From Pseudomonas phage PMG1: a stretch of 54,024 nucleotides of DNA. The stretch lies in sequence record NC_016765.1; one strand, 5' to 3'. Under the pieces are notes generated by a model, which was not told where the DNA came from, ran no database searches, and saw only the letters and a list, made by a program, of their open reading frames with translations. A program made the position numbers and the translations under genes. This document shows, piece after piece, positions 1 through 9,192 of this stretch; positions within the stretch are counted from its first letter, which is position 1; each line of letters begins with the position of its first letter.

Positions 1-36
1 AAGCACTTTCCATTTCCACAGAATTTAGGTTTCAAG

Positions 37-417
37 ATGGCACGACACAAACAGCCAGATGTCGTCGCCAAGTTCAAAGGCGCCGACAAGAAAAACCCTC
101 AGCGATACCGGAAAGAGTCCGCTCAAGGTGAGGGTGAAATTGGCGATGCGCCGATCCATCTCCAGGGGCCGGCAAGGCTTGCTTGGGTTGAGCTTTGCTC
201 CCAATCAATCAAGGGCGTCTTGACGGGCTCTGATCGAATCATCCTGGAGGTCACCGCCAACCTGCTTGCTGAGTACAGGTCGAATCCATCGGAGTTCGCT
301 GTAGGCAAGTACACCCACCTGATTGGCAACTTGGCGAGGCTTGGGCTAACCCCATCCGACCGCCAGAAGTTCGGCCTGGAAAAGCCGAAGGAGAAGGACG
401 AGTTCGAGGATTTCTGA
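37..417 (+). CDS. terS: terminase small subunit (P27-family-like)
   Basis: 126-aa basic N-terminus directly upstream of terL (stop/ATG adjacent); protein resembles P27-type small terminases. Confidence 0.7.
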   Translation: MARHKQPDVVAKFKGADKKNPQRYRKESAQGEGEIGDAPIHLQGPARLAWVELCSQSIKGVLTGSDRIILEVTANLLAEYRSNPSEFAVGKYTHLIGNLARLGLTPSDRQKFGLEKPKEKDEFEDF

Positions 418-418
418 G

Positions 419-2110
419 ATGACCCCCAGCGACATTGCGCGACAGTACGCTAGCGATGTCGTGAGTGGGGGTATCGTCGCGTGCCGGTATGTGAAGTTGG
501 CATGCCAGCGCTTCCTGAATGACCTGGAACGGCAGGGCGATGACGATTGGCCGTACGTTTTCGACGAGGCCAAGGCAGATCGCGCCGTAAAGTTCATGCA
601 GCTCATGCCTCACACCAAAGGCAAATGGAGCGCTTCGAAGTCGAAGCTAGTGTTCGAGCCTTGGCAGGTATTCATCGAGGCCAACATCTTCGGCTGGGTG
701 AAGAAGGACACCGGCAAGCGCAGGTTCCGCGAGGCCTACGAAGAGATTCCCAGGAAGAACGGGAAGTCGGCCCGTCTTGCCGCACGAGGCATTTACCTAT
801 TCGCCGCAGATGGCGAGTCGGGAGCCGAGGTCTACTCCGGCGCCACCACCGAGAAGCAGGCCTTCGAGGTTTTCCGTCCAGCGTGGATGATGGCGCACAA
901 GCTGGAGAACCTGCGTAACCGATTCGGTATCGAGCTTTCTGGCAACCAGAAGAACCCTGGCCCCATGTTCGTCATGGAGGATATGTCGAAGTTCGAGACG
1001 GTTATCGGCAACCCAGGGGACGGCGCGAGTCCCCATGCGGCCCTGGTGGACGAGTACCACGAACACGACACGGATGCCCTGGTTGACACCATGCAGACCG
1101 GCATGGGGGCACGAGAACAGCCATTGCTGTCGATCATTACGACGGCGGGATCGAATCTCGGCGGACCCTGCCACGAGAAGCGACGGGATGTGATCCGCAT
1201 TCTCGAGGGGCAGACGATCGATGAGACGATTTTCGGGATCATCTACACGATCGACGGGGATGATCCGTGGGATGACCCGGCCAGCCTGATCAAGGCCAAT
1301 CCGAATTACGGAGTGTCGGTATTCCCTGACTTCCTCCTGGCCCAGCTCCAGCAGGCCAAGCGTTCGGCGTCGAAGCAGAACGCCTTCCGCACCAAGCACC
1401 TGAACCAGTGGGTGGGAGCTAGGACGGTCTGGATGAACATGCTGGCCTGGCAGCGGCAGAAGCGCGACTTCACGATTGCGGACATGGCCGGATGTCGCTG
1501 CTGGATGGCGCTTGATTTGGCGAGCAAGAAAGACGTGGCCGCCTTAGTGATGCTGTTCGAGAAGGCGGGGCAGTTCTACTGCACCCCCCGCTTCTACGCT
1601 CCGGAGGCTGCCGCCGAGGAAAACGAGAAGTATCAGAACTTCGCGCTTGAGGGTCACCTGGTCCTGACTCCAGGGAGCATGACGGACTACGCCTTTATCG
1701 AGGCAGACATCCTTGACCTAGCAAAACAGATCGACCTGCAGGATTCCGCCTTCGACGACTGGCAGGCCAACTACCTGATTACACGCCTCTCGAACACCTC
1801 AATCCCGGTCGTGGACTTCAACCAGACGGTGAAGAACATGAGCGACCCGATGAAGGAGGTGGAGGCGAGGGTGATAGCGCGGACACTCTGGCATGACGGA
1901 AACCCAGTCATGACCTGGATGATGGGCAACGTGGCGGCAAAGATCGATGCCAAGGAAAACATCTACCCGCGCAAGGAAAACGACAACGACCCCAACTGCA
2001 AGATCGATGGTCCAGTGGCCTTGATCATGGCTATGGGGCGCGCCCTGGTTGCCGGCGTTGATGACGGCGACGACTTCATGAACGCCATACGGAACCCGAT
2101 CATCGCATGA
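419..2110 (+). CDS. terL: terminase large subunit
   Basis: 563 aa; ATPase plus nuclease architecture typical of HK97/lambda-like TerL; followed by portal. Confidence 0.9.
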   Translation: MTPSDIARQYASDVVSGGIVACRYVKLACQRFLNDLERQGDDDWPYVFDEAKADRAVKFMQLMPHTKGKWSASKSKLVFEPWQVFIEANIFGWVKKDTGKRRFREAYEEIPRKNGKSARLAARGIYLFAADGESGAEVYSGATTEKQAFEVFRPAWMMAHKLENLRNRFGIELSGNQKNPGPMFVMEDMSKFETVIGNPGDGASPHAALVDEYHEHDTDALVDTMQTGMGAREQPLLSIITTAGSNLGGPCHEKRRDVIRILEGQTIDETIFGIIYTIDGDDPWDDPASLIKANPNYGVSVFPDFLLAQLQQAKRSASKQNAFRTKHLNQWVGARTVWMNMLAWQRQKRDFTIADMAGCRCWMALDLASKKDVAALVMLFEKAGQFYCTPRFYAPEAAAEENEKYQNFALEGHLVLTPGSMTDYAFIEADILDLAKQIDLQDSAFDDWQANYLITRLSNTSIPVVDFNQTVKNMSDPMKEVEARVIARTLWHDGNPVMTWMMGNVAAKIDAKENIYPRKENDNDPNCKIDGPVALIMAMGRALVAGVDDGDDFMNAIRNPIIA

Positions 2111-2271
2111 ACATCGCTACTGGCCTCTACCTCTTCTTTGGCGTCCTTGGTCTGGCTCTTTTCGTAGCCGGAACCTTCGTGCTGCTGGGGCTCGGCTGGG
2201 CGCTCATTTCCGGTGCGGCGTCGGCGTTCGCCATAGCGGCGTTTATTCGCAAGGGGCTGACCAGTGAGTAA
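2107..2271 (+). CDS. small hydrophobic protein (54 aa) between terL and portal
   Basis: ATG overlapping terL stop (ATGA); product MNIATGLYLFFGVLGLALFVAGTFVLLGLGW... is predicted transmembrane; below track size cutoff. Confidence 0.3.
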   Translation: MNIATGLYLFFGVLGLALFVAGTFVLLGLGWALISGAASAFAIAAFIRKGLTSE

Positions 2272-3568
2272 GAGTCTCGGAAAAGTCCTGAGCAGTGCTA
2301 CGTCTGCGCCCAGGTCTTCATTGTTCGGCTGGGGGGGTAAGACCATCCGCCTGACAGATGGCGCGTTCTGGTCGCAGTTCCTGGGGCGAGAGTCGTCTAG
2401 CGGAAAAAAAGTCACTGTCGACAAGGCAATGAAGCTGTCTGCGGTATGGGCTTGTGTTCGCTTGATCTCTACTTCTGTCGCCGGTCTTCCGCTTGGAGTG
2501 TACGAGCGGAAAGCGGACGGAAGCAGAGTCGATGCTCGGTCGTTCCCGCTCTACGATGTTGTTCACAACAGCCCCAACGACGACATGACGGCCTTCCAGT
2601 TCTGGCAGGCCATGGTCGCATCGATGCTGCTTTGGGGTAACGCATACGCGGAGATTCGCCGCGCTGCGGGCAGACCGGCTGCGTTGGACTTCCTGCTTCC
2701 ATCGAGGGTCGACCTGGAGTGTGATGAAAACGGTCGGCTGAAGTACTTCTATACGACAAAGAAGGGTGCTCGTAGAGAGATCGAGCGTACTAACATGCTG
2801 CACATCCCGGCGTTCACGCTGGATGGTCGAATTGGTCTCTCTGCAATCAGATACGGCGTTGATGTCTTCGGCTCGGTCATGTCGGCGGAGGACGCAGCCA
2901 ACGGCACATTCAAGAACGGACTTCTACCCACGGTCGCATTCAAGGTTGATCGCATTCTCCAGCCTGCGCAGCGGGAGGAGTTCAGGGAGTATGTGAAGTC
3001 CGTATCGGGCGCGATGAACTCCGGAAGATCCCCGGTTCTGGAGCAGGGGATTACCCCTGAAACCATCGGCATCAATCCGGTCGATGCTCAGTTGCTGGAG
3101 ACGCGAGAGCATGGCGTGATCGAGATTTGCAGATGGTTCGGGGTGCCGCCCTGGATGATCGGCCAGACCGACAAGGGGAGCAACTGGGGGACAGGGCTTG
3201 AACAGCAGATGCTCGCGTTCCTGACATTCTCGATCAGCTCGATCACCAATCAGATTCAGCAGTGCGTCAACAAGCGGCTGCTAACTGCGCCCGAGCGGAT
3301 TCGCTATTACGCCGAGTTCTCACTTGAGGGGTTCCTGAAGGCTGATAGCGCTGGTCGCGCTGCCTGGTACAGCACTATGGCGCAAAACGGTTTCATGACC
3401 CGCAACGAAGGTCGCCGGAAAGAGAACCTGCCAGAACTCCCCGGCGGAGACATTCTCACCGTCCAATCCAACCTAGTTCCAATCGACCAACTCGGTCAAT
3501 CTAACGAGAGCCAGGCCGTCCGCGCCGCGCTCATGAACTGGCTCAGCCAGCCAGAACCACAGGAGTAA
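2264..3568 (+). CDS. portal protein, HK97 family
   Basis: 434 aa, GTG start; position between TerL and prohead protease; portal-like sequence. Confidence 0.85.
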   Translation: MSKSLGKVLSSATSAPRSSLFGWGGKTIRLTDGAFWSQFLGRESSSGKKVTVDKAMKLSAVWACVRLISTSVAGLPLGVYERKADGSRVDARSFPLYDVVHNSPNDDMTAFQFWQAMVASMLLWGNAYAEIRRAAGRPAALDFLLPSRVDLECDENGRLKYFYTTKKGARREIERTNMLHIPAFTLDGRIGLSAIRYGVDVFGSVMSAEDAANGTFKNGLLPTVAFKVDRILQPAQREEFREYVKSVSGAMNSGRSPVLEQGITPETIGINPVDAQLLETREHGVIEICRWFGVPPWMIGQTDKGSNWGTGLEQQMLAFLTFSISSITNQIQQCVNKRLLTAPERIRYYAEFSLEGFLKADSAGRAAWYSTMAQNGFMTRNEGRRKENLPELPGGDILTVQSNLVPIDQLGQSNESQAVRAALMNWLSQPEPQE

Positions 3569-3571
3569 CCC

Positions 3572-4462
3572 ATGACTCTGCGAAATCTTCCGGCAGCGCC
3601 GGAGGCTCGCCCGCGCTCGGGCGTCCAGTGCGACCTGGCGCCCAAAGCGCTAGATGCATGGCGTCCTGAGCTTCGAGCAGCTTCTGGCGATAACCCGGAC
3701 TCCACGATCACCATCTACGAGCCGATTGGCTACGACTGGTGGACCGGTGAAGGTGTCACGGCAAAACGCATTGCTGGCGCTCTGCGCTCCATCGGCAACG
3801 ATGTCGATGTGACCGTGAACATCAACAGCCCCGGCGGCGACGTATTCGAAGGCCTGGCCATTTACAACCTGCTGCGCGAGCACAAGGGCAAGGTCACGGT
3901 GAACATCATCGGCCTGGCTGCCTCTGCCGCCTCTTTCATCGCCATGGCGGGGGATGAAATCCGCATCGGCCGCGCCGCCTTCCTGATGATCCATAACGCC
4001 TGGCTGATCGCCATGGGTAATCGGAATGATCTCCGTGAGATAGCCGATTGGCTGGAGCCATTCGACATGACGCTGGCTGACATTTACGCACAGCGCACGG
4101 AAATCGACATCGACGACATCGTGAAACAGATGGACGCCGAGACCTGGATCGGCGGGCGCGAAGCCGTCGACAAAGGGTGGGCAGATGCCTTCCTGGAGTC
4201 CGACGAGATCTCCAGCGCTCCCAGCAACCGCAGCGAAGCCATCCTGGCCAAGCGCCGGATGGATGCCGCCCTGGCTCGCAGCGGAATGCCGCGAAGCCAG
4301 CGCAATGAACTCATCAACGACTTCAAGACCAGCATGCTTGGCGCTGCTGGCGGGGGTGGTGACACCCCGACCGATATGCCTGGCGCTGTCGCTCCTGACC
4401 TCTCCGCTGCACTACGGGCAGCACAAGACATCACCAAATTCCTCCAAGGAGAATCGCAATGA
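3572..4462 (+). CDS. prohead (head maturation) protease, ClpP/S14-like
   Basis: ClpP-fold motifs (NSPGGDVFEG..., GLAASAASFIAMAGDE), SD CAGGAG upstream; sits between portal and capsid as in HK97/D3. Confidence 0.8.
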   Translation: MTLRNLPAAPEARPRSGVQCDLAPKALDAWRPELRAASGDNPDSTITIYEPIGYDWWTGEGVTAKRIAGALRSIGNDVDVTVNINSPGGDVFEGLAIYNLLREHKGKVTVNIIGLAASAASFIAMAGDEIRIGRAAFLMIHNAWLIAMGNRNDLREIADWLEPFDMTLADIYAQRTEIDIDDIVKQMDAETWIGGREAVDKGWADAFLESDEISSAPSNRSEAILAKRRMDAALARSGMPRSQRNELINDFKTSMLGAAGGGGDTPTDMPGAVAPDLSAALRAAQDITKFLQGESQ

Positions 4463-5646
4463 GCGACTTCGAAAAACAAATCGGCGAACTGAACGCCAGC
4501 CTCAAGCAGGTCGGGGACCAAATCAAGTCCCAGGCCGAACAGGTAAACACCCAAATCGCCAATTTCGGCGAAATGAACAAGGAAACCCGCGCCAAGGTCG
4601 ACGAACTGCTGACTGCCCAGGGCGAACTGCAAGCACGACTGAGCGCCGCGGAACAAGCCATGCTGGCCAACGAGAAGCGTGACGGCGGCGAGGAAGCACC
4701 GAAGACCGCCGGCCAAATGGTCGCAGAGAGCCTGAAAGAGCAGGGTGTAACCAGCTCCCTGCGCGGCTCGCATCGCGTATCCATGCCGCGCTCGGCCATC
4801 ACCTCCATCGACGGCTCTGGCGGCGCCCTGGTGGCTCCTGATCGTCGCCCCGGTGTCGTTGCCGCTCCGCAGCGTCGACTGACCATCCGCGACCTGGTTG
4901 CGCCTGGCACCACTGAGTCGAACTCCGTCGAGTACGTCCGCGAGACCGGCTTCGTCAACAATGCCGCTCCTGTTTCGGAAGGCACCCAGAAGCCATACTC
5001 CGACCTGACCTTCGAACTGGAAAACGCGCCGGTTCGCACCATCGCACACCTGTTCAAGGCAAGTCGCCAGATCCTGGACGACGCTTCGGCCTTGCAGAGC
5101 TACATCGATGCGCGCGCTCGTTACGGCCTGATGCTGGTCGAAGAAGGTCAACTGCTCTACGGGAACGGGACCGGCGCCAATCTGCACGGCATCATTCCGC
5201 AGGCACAGGCCTACGCGCCGCCGAGTGGCGTAGTGGTAACCGCCGAGCAGCGAATCGACCGCATCCGCCTGGCGATCCTTCAGGCGCAACTGGCCGAGTT
5301 CCCGGCCAGCGGTATCGTGCTCAACCCCATCGACTGGGCGCTGATCGAGCTGACCAAGGACGCCGAGAACCGTTACATCATCGGCAGCCCGCAGAACGGC
5401 ACCACTCCGACCCTCTGGCGTCTGCCGGTGGTGGAAACCCAGGCCATCACTCAGGACGAGTTCCTGACCGGTGCGTTCTCTCTCGGCGCCCAGATCTTCG
5501 ACCGCATGGACATCGAGGTTCTGGTTTCCACCGAGAACGACAAGGACTTCGAGAACAACATGGTCACCATCCGCGCTGAGGAGCGGCTGGCCTTCGCGGT
5601 CTATCGCCCCGAGGCTTTCGTGACTGGTTCGCTGACCGCCAGCTAA
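4459..5646 (+). CDS. major capsid protein, HK97 fold with N-terminal coiled-coil delta domain
   Basis: 395 aa, strong SD AAGGAGA; coiled-coil N-terminus then HK97-like capsid body; followed by strong terminator. Confidence 0.85.
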   Translation: MSDFEKQIGELNASLKQVGDQIKSQAEQVNTQIANFGEMNKETRAKVDELLTAQGELQARLSAAEQAMLANEKRDGGEEAPKTAGQMVAESLKEQGVTSSLRGSHRVSMPRSAITSIDGSGGALVAPDRRPGVVAAPQRRLTIRDLVAPGTTESNSVEYVRETGFVNNAAPVSEGTQKPYSDLTFELENAPVRTIAHLFKASRQILDDASALQSYIDARARYGLMLVEEGQLLYGNGTGANLHGIIPQAQAYAPPSGVVVTAEQRIDRIRLAILQAQLAEFPASGIVLNPIDWALIELTKDAENRYIIGSPQNGTTPTLWRLPVVETQAITQDEFLTGAFSLGAQIFDRMDIEVLVSTENDKDFENNMVTIRAEERLAFAVYRPEAFVTGSLTAS

Positions 5647-5652
5647 CTGGAA

Positions 5653-5681
5653 GGGGCCGGTCTCCCGGCCCCTCTTTCTTT
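5653..5681 (+). terminator. rho-independent terminator after capsid gene
   Basis: GGGGCCGG-tctc-CCGGCCCC hairpin followed by TCTTTCTTT. Confidence 0.6.
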
Positions 5682-5690
5682 GAGGTGATT

Positions 5691-5978
5691 ATGTCTGACG
5701 TAATGATCAAGCCGGTTCGTTCCTACCTGGATGGCGGTCGTGTGAGAAAGGCTGGTGGTGATGCATACCTCGCATCCGAGTACCTGGCTCGCCAGTTGGT
5801 GGCGCGAGGCCTGTGCCAGATTGTGGAATCAGAGATCCCAAAGCCTGTGGCTGGCGAGTCGCTGTCTGCCTCGCAAGCGGCCCCAGCCTCACAGCAGAAG
5901 ACTGCGAACGAGTCCGAGAGTGGCGGAACTCCTCGCCGCAGAGGGCGGCCATCTGCACGAACACAACGTTCCGACTGA
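5691..5978 (+). CDS. hypothetical small protein (possibly shorter than the ORF)
   Basis: SD GAGGTGA then ATG; first ~45 aa look protein-like, C-terminal part is low complexity and overlaps the next gene out of frame. Confidence 0.3.
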   Translation: MSDVMIKPVRSYLDGGRVRKAGGDAYLASEYLARQLVARGLCQIVESEIPKPVAGESLSASQAAPASQQKTANESESGGTPRRRGRPSARTQRSD

Positions 5979-6409
5979 CTCCCTGGGCTGATGCGCTGTG
6001 GGCAATGGATAAAGTCTGGTGGGAGAGATACGCCGCCGAGGCTAAAGCAAACTTCTGCGGTGAGCTTCTGACACTCAGCGCCAATCCCTTCGGCATCAAA
6101 ACGGCACGCATTGAGCACTACAGGAACTCAGGCGGCGGCGCAGTTTCTTTGGCCATAGCCAGGGGCGCCAAGCGAATCATCCTTCTCGGCTACGACATGC
6201 AGAAAACTGGCGGGATGTCTCACTGGCATGGTGATCACCCCAGAGGGCTGGGTAGTGCAGGGAAGATATCCGAGTGGCCGGTAGAGTTCGAAAACCTGAA
6301 GCGCAAGAACCCTGGGATAGAAATCATCAATTGCACACGCGAAACGGCGCTTACCTGTTTCGCGCGTAGACCGCTGGAGGACGCGCTGAATGAGCCTGAT
6401 CCCGCTTGA
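5813..6409 (+). CDS. DUF115 / MptE-like (Maf-type) family protein
   Basis: GTG start; motifs VCLASGPSL, AICTNTTF, GGGAVSLAIARGAKRIILLGYDM resemble the DUF115/6-hydroxymethylpterin diphosphokinase MptE-like Rossmann family. Confidence 0.5.
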   Translation: MPDCGIRDPKACGWRVAVCLASGPSLTAEDCERVREWRNSSPQRAAICTNTTFRLTPWADALWAMDKVWWERYAAEAKANFCGELLTLSANPFGIKTARIEHYRNSGGGAVSLAIARGAKRIILLGYDMQKTGGMSHWHGDHPRGLGSAGKISEWPVEFENLKRKNPGIEIINCTRETALTCFARRPLEDALNEPDPA

Positions 6410-6710
6410 TACAGCAAAGTCCTTTCTTGATGTGATCCACGATTGGGATGACGCCAAGCTCCAGTTGCTGCTGGATGGAGCGGAGGACGAGGCCTGCCAG
6501 TTCATGTGGCGCCAGTCCCTTGATGGCCTTTGCAACTGCGAAGAGAGCAGTGAGGCTGTCAGTAGCGAACCGGGACTTCCGCCTAGCGTGGTCATCGGAG
6601 TGCTTCTTTTGCTTCAGGCCAGCTACCAGGCTGCTCCCGATGAAATCGCGACGCTGCGCAAGGCGGCCGAGGTGAAGCTGATGCCGTACCGATGCGGCTT
6701 GGGGGTTTGA
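6390..6710 (+). CDS. head-tail connector (gp6-like, Phage_connect_1)
   Basis: MSLIPLDTAKSFLDVIHDWDDAKLQLLLDGAEDEACQFM matches gp6-like connector N-termini. Confidence 0.7.
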   Translation: MSLIPLDTAKSFLDVIHDWDDAKLQLLLDGAEDEACQFMWRQSLDGLCNCEESSEAVSSEPGLPPSVVIGVLLLLQASYQAAPDEIATLRKAAEVKLMPYRCGLGV

Positions 6711-7067
6711 ATGCTGGCCTACCGTATGCGCCACCGCATTCAGTTTCAGCGGCAGGTCCACACACAAGACCCTGACACGGGAGAAGAGACGACGACCTGG
6801 GAGACGGTTCTGTTCTCCGGTCACGCTGACCTGCCCGCAGAGGTTCTGACTGGGCCAGGTCGCGAGTTCATCGCCGCAGACGCTACGCAGGCAGAGACCA
6901 CTGCCAGGATCAACTGTCGGTGGTTCCCCGTTGAGCGGTTGGAACTGTACACCTGGCGGGCCATCTGGGATGGCCGGGTCTACAACATCACCAGCGCGGA
7001 AACCGATGTCACAGCTCGGCGTGAATGGAGACTGCGCTGCTCTGATGGATTGACGGACGGTCGGTAA
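6711..7067 (+). CDS. head-tail adaptor / head-tail joining protein
   Basis: 118 aa; RHRIQFQR...TTWETV...VWA pattern of SPP1 gp16/HK97 gp7-like adaptors; ATG immediately after connector stop. Confidence 0.65.
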   Translation: MLAYRMRHRIQFQRQVHTQDPDTGEETTTWETVLFSGHADLPAEVLTGPGREFIAADATQAETTARINCRWFPVERLELYTWRAIWDGRVYNITSAETDVTARREWRLRCSDGLTDGR

Positions 7068-7184
7068 CCCTTTAGCCCGTAAGGGCGCTCAACACGCAGC
7101 TAGGCCCGTACAGCCGAACGGCGGATGTCCGCTCATCCGTCCGCCCCGCTGCGTTTCTATTCGTCTGATGAGCGAGGTAACAAC

Positions 7185-7733
7185 ATGAGCATGACCAAAT
7201 GGCAAGAGGCCCAGAAGGTTGCCCGTGAATTCTCCAAGCAGTCAGTTCTGTACTGCGTCAGGTTTTCTCACGGGCTAATGAAGGTTGGGCGAACCAAGAA
7301 CATGAGATCAAGGCTGAATGCTTTGACTGCTCACGGTGTGGTTACACCTCTGATTGAGGAGTTGATTGTTCAGCCTGTTGAAAACTGTGCCGCTGATGCC
7401 GAACGGCTGGCCATAAATTCGTTCTCTGCGATGACTGAGCAGCATGGGCCAGAGGTGTTTTCGTGCCTGACGGCGTGTGTGGTAAGAAAAGTCCTAGCAT
7501 GTGCGGCAAGTGAGGCGAAGGCCGCTCGCGCTCCAGTCGAGTCGAGCGACGAAAGCTTCGACGAGATGGCCAGATCCAGCAATATGTATGCGGCCCTCAT
7601 CCATCTGGCAGTAGACAGAGCGAGACGCAGCGGGCTACATGAAAGGGCCAACGAGCTTGAGGAGATAATCAAGAACGCTCCGCCCGGTATGCTGAACGAG
7701 ATCGCAAGAAATCTCTGCCACCAGGCAACCTAA
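7185..7733 (+). CDS. T5orf172 (MUG113, GIY-YIG-like) domain protein; moron
   Basis: LYCVRFSHGLMKVGRTKNMRSRLNAL...HGPEVF matches T5orf172 signature; lower GC than flanks; own SD and own downstream terminator. Confidence 0.6.
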   Translation: MSMTKWQEAQKVAREFSKQSVLYCVRFSHGLMKVGRTKNMRSRLNALTAHGVVTPLIEELIVQPVENCAADAERLAINSFSAMTEQHGPEVFSCLTACVVRKVLACAASEAKAARAPVESSDESFDEMARSSNMYAALIHLAVDRARRSGLHERANELEEIIKNAPPGMLNEIARNLCHQAT

Positions 7734-7752
7734 CCCACGCCACCCAACGGAA

Positions 7753-7781
7753 AGCCCGCCCTGCGCGGGCTTCGTCGTTTC
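7753..7781 (+). terminator. rho-independent terminator after T5orf172 gene
   Basis: AGCCCGC-cctg-GCGGGCT hairpin followed by TCGTCGTTTCT. Confidence 0.55.
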
Positions 7782-7796
7782 TGGAGTAGAGAAATC

Positions 7797-8624
7797 TTGT
7801 TCATCCGCGGAATGCTTGGCCTTGGTGACAATATCTACGCCCGCGCGTTCGTGAAGAAGCACCTTGGAGCCTATCTCGAAACGCCGTGGCCCCAGCTCTA
7901 TGCAGACATCGATGTGAAATGCGTGCGTCCGAGCACGCAGCTCCGCACGCAAGCGAAGAACGTCCAGCGCCCGGCGCAGTGGCATAAGCCATTCGGTGGC
8001 GGCCAGCTCCGAATCGCCTACGGCCAGATGCCGATCATCCAGGGCTTGCGCCAAGCGTTCCGCTGCGAACCCGGCGAGTTCGACCTGCCGGACTTCAGGC
8101 CTTCGCCGGTTGAGGGCCGGTATGTGCTGGTACGGCCTGCAACGGTTCGCGCTGAGTGGCGCGCAGACACGCGCAACCCACTTCCTGAGTACATCGCAAG
8201 AGCTGCCGCAGAGATGCGCCGCAGGGGCTGGAAAGTGGTTTCCGTGGCGGACTTGGAGCCGGGTAAGGAATGGGCGATCGATCCACTTTCTCCGGCAGAC
8301 ATCAAGTTCCATAAGGGTGAACTGCCGGTTGAGAAATTACTTGCCCTTTTGCAATACGCCGACGCAGTGATTGGCGGCATTGGCTGGATCGTGCCGGCCG
8401 CCATCGCCGCAAAGCGGCCGGCCTGGATCATCTGTGGCGGGCAGGGCGGCTACAACTCGCCGGAACACATCACCGACAAATGCATGGACCTGTCCCGCAT
8501 CACATTCGCGGTTCCCGACAGGTTCTGCCGCTGCACGTTGAAACAGCACAACTGTGACAAAAGGATCGCCGATCATGACGCACGCTTTGCCGCCTGGGCT
8601 GACCGACTGCCTGCTCTGGTCTGA
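7797..8624 (+). CDS. GT9-like (heptosyltransferase-fold, GT-B) glycosyltransferase
   Basis: N-terminal MLGLGDNIYARAF (GT9 GDxx motif), C-terminal LLALLQYADAVIGGIGWIVPAAIAAKRPAWIICGGQGG resembling the GT9 donor-binding region; alternative ATG start at 7812. Confidence 0.5.
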   Translation: MFIRGMLGLGDNIYARAFVKKHLGAYLETPWPQLYADIDVKCVRPSTQLRTQAKNVQRPAQWHKPFGGGQLRIAYGQMPIIQGLRQAFRCEPGEFDLPDFRPSPVEGRYVLVRPATVRAEWRADTRNPLPEYIARAAAEMRRRGWKVVSVADLEPGKEWAIDPLSPADIKFHKGELPVEKLLALLQYADAVIGGIGWIVPAAIAAKRPAWIICGGQGGYNSPEHITDKCMDLSRITFAVPDRFCRCTLKQHNCDKRIADHDARFAAWADRLPALV

Positions 8625-9192
8625 AGAGCTTGGCATGGGCTTCCACCCGCGCCCTCCAATGGACTATAGCGGGCCGTATTTCGAGAAGTATCAGGTGCTT
8701 GACGCTACCCCGATGGGCGCTGCGCTGACTCAGTGCCGCATCGATCTGGTGCGCCGTCACTTTGCCGGACAGGTGGTAGATATCGGTATCGGCGGAGGCC
8801 GTTTCGTCACCGAGTCCGGCGCCATGGGCTTTGACGTGAATCCGGAAGCGGTGGCTTGGCTGAAGGCGCAGGAGCTCTACTACGACCCGTACCAGCACCA
8901 CGCAGAGGCCGTGACCTGCTGGGACAGCCTGGAGCACATTCCCGAGCCGGAGAAACTGCTGGACCACGTTGGCGAGTGGCTGTTCGTGTCGATGCCGATT
9001 TATAAGGATCAGGCTGACTGCCTGTCCTCCAAGCACTACAAGCCGGGTGAGCATATCTGGTACCACACGATGCACGGTTTGATCGGATGGTGCGAGCGTC
9101 AAGGTTTCGAATGTGTCGAGCTAAACGACCAGGAGTCGAAACTTGGCCGAGAAGGCATCACCAGCTTTGCGTTCCGGAGAGTCCATGGCTGA
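8575..9192 (+). CDS. class I SAM-dependent methyltransferase
   Basis: motif I VVDIGIGGGRF and post-I acidic motif; WDSLEHIPEPEKLL; SD AAAGGA upstream of ATG 8575 (alternative ATG 8635). Confidence 0.65.
   Translation: MTHALPPGLTDCLLWSEELGMGFHPRPPMDYSGPYFEKYQVLDATPMGAALTQCRIDLVRRHFAGQVVDIGIGGGRFVTESGAMGFDVNPEAVAWLKAQELYYDPYQHHAEAVTCWDSLEHIPEPEKLLDHVGEWLFVSMPIYKDQADCLSSKHYKPGEHIWYHTMHGLIGWCERQGFECVELNDQESKLGREGITSFAFRRVHG

Noticed and set aside
4084-5289. 401-aa minus-strand ORF antisense to protease/capsid genes, and similar long antisense or alternate-frame ORFs (797..1399, 11351..12049, 12929..13540, 16318..16705, 18339..18905, 19184..19732, 32166..32806, 32667..33377, 35098..35906)
   Set aside because: High-GC DNA produces long stop-free alternate frames; these overlap well-supported phage genes, have low-complexity Arg/Ala/Pro-rich translations and no start/SD context
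5762-5830. Programmed frameshift fusing the 5691 ORF to the DUF115 gene
   Set aside because: Frames are in -1 relationship but no X-XXY-YYZ slippery heptamer is present in the overlap
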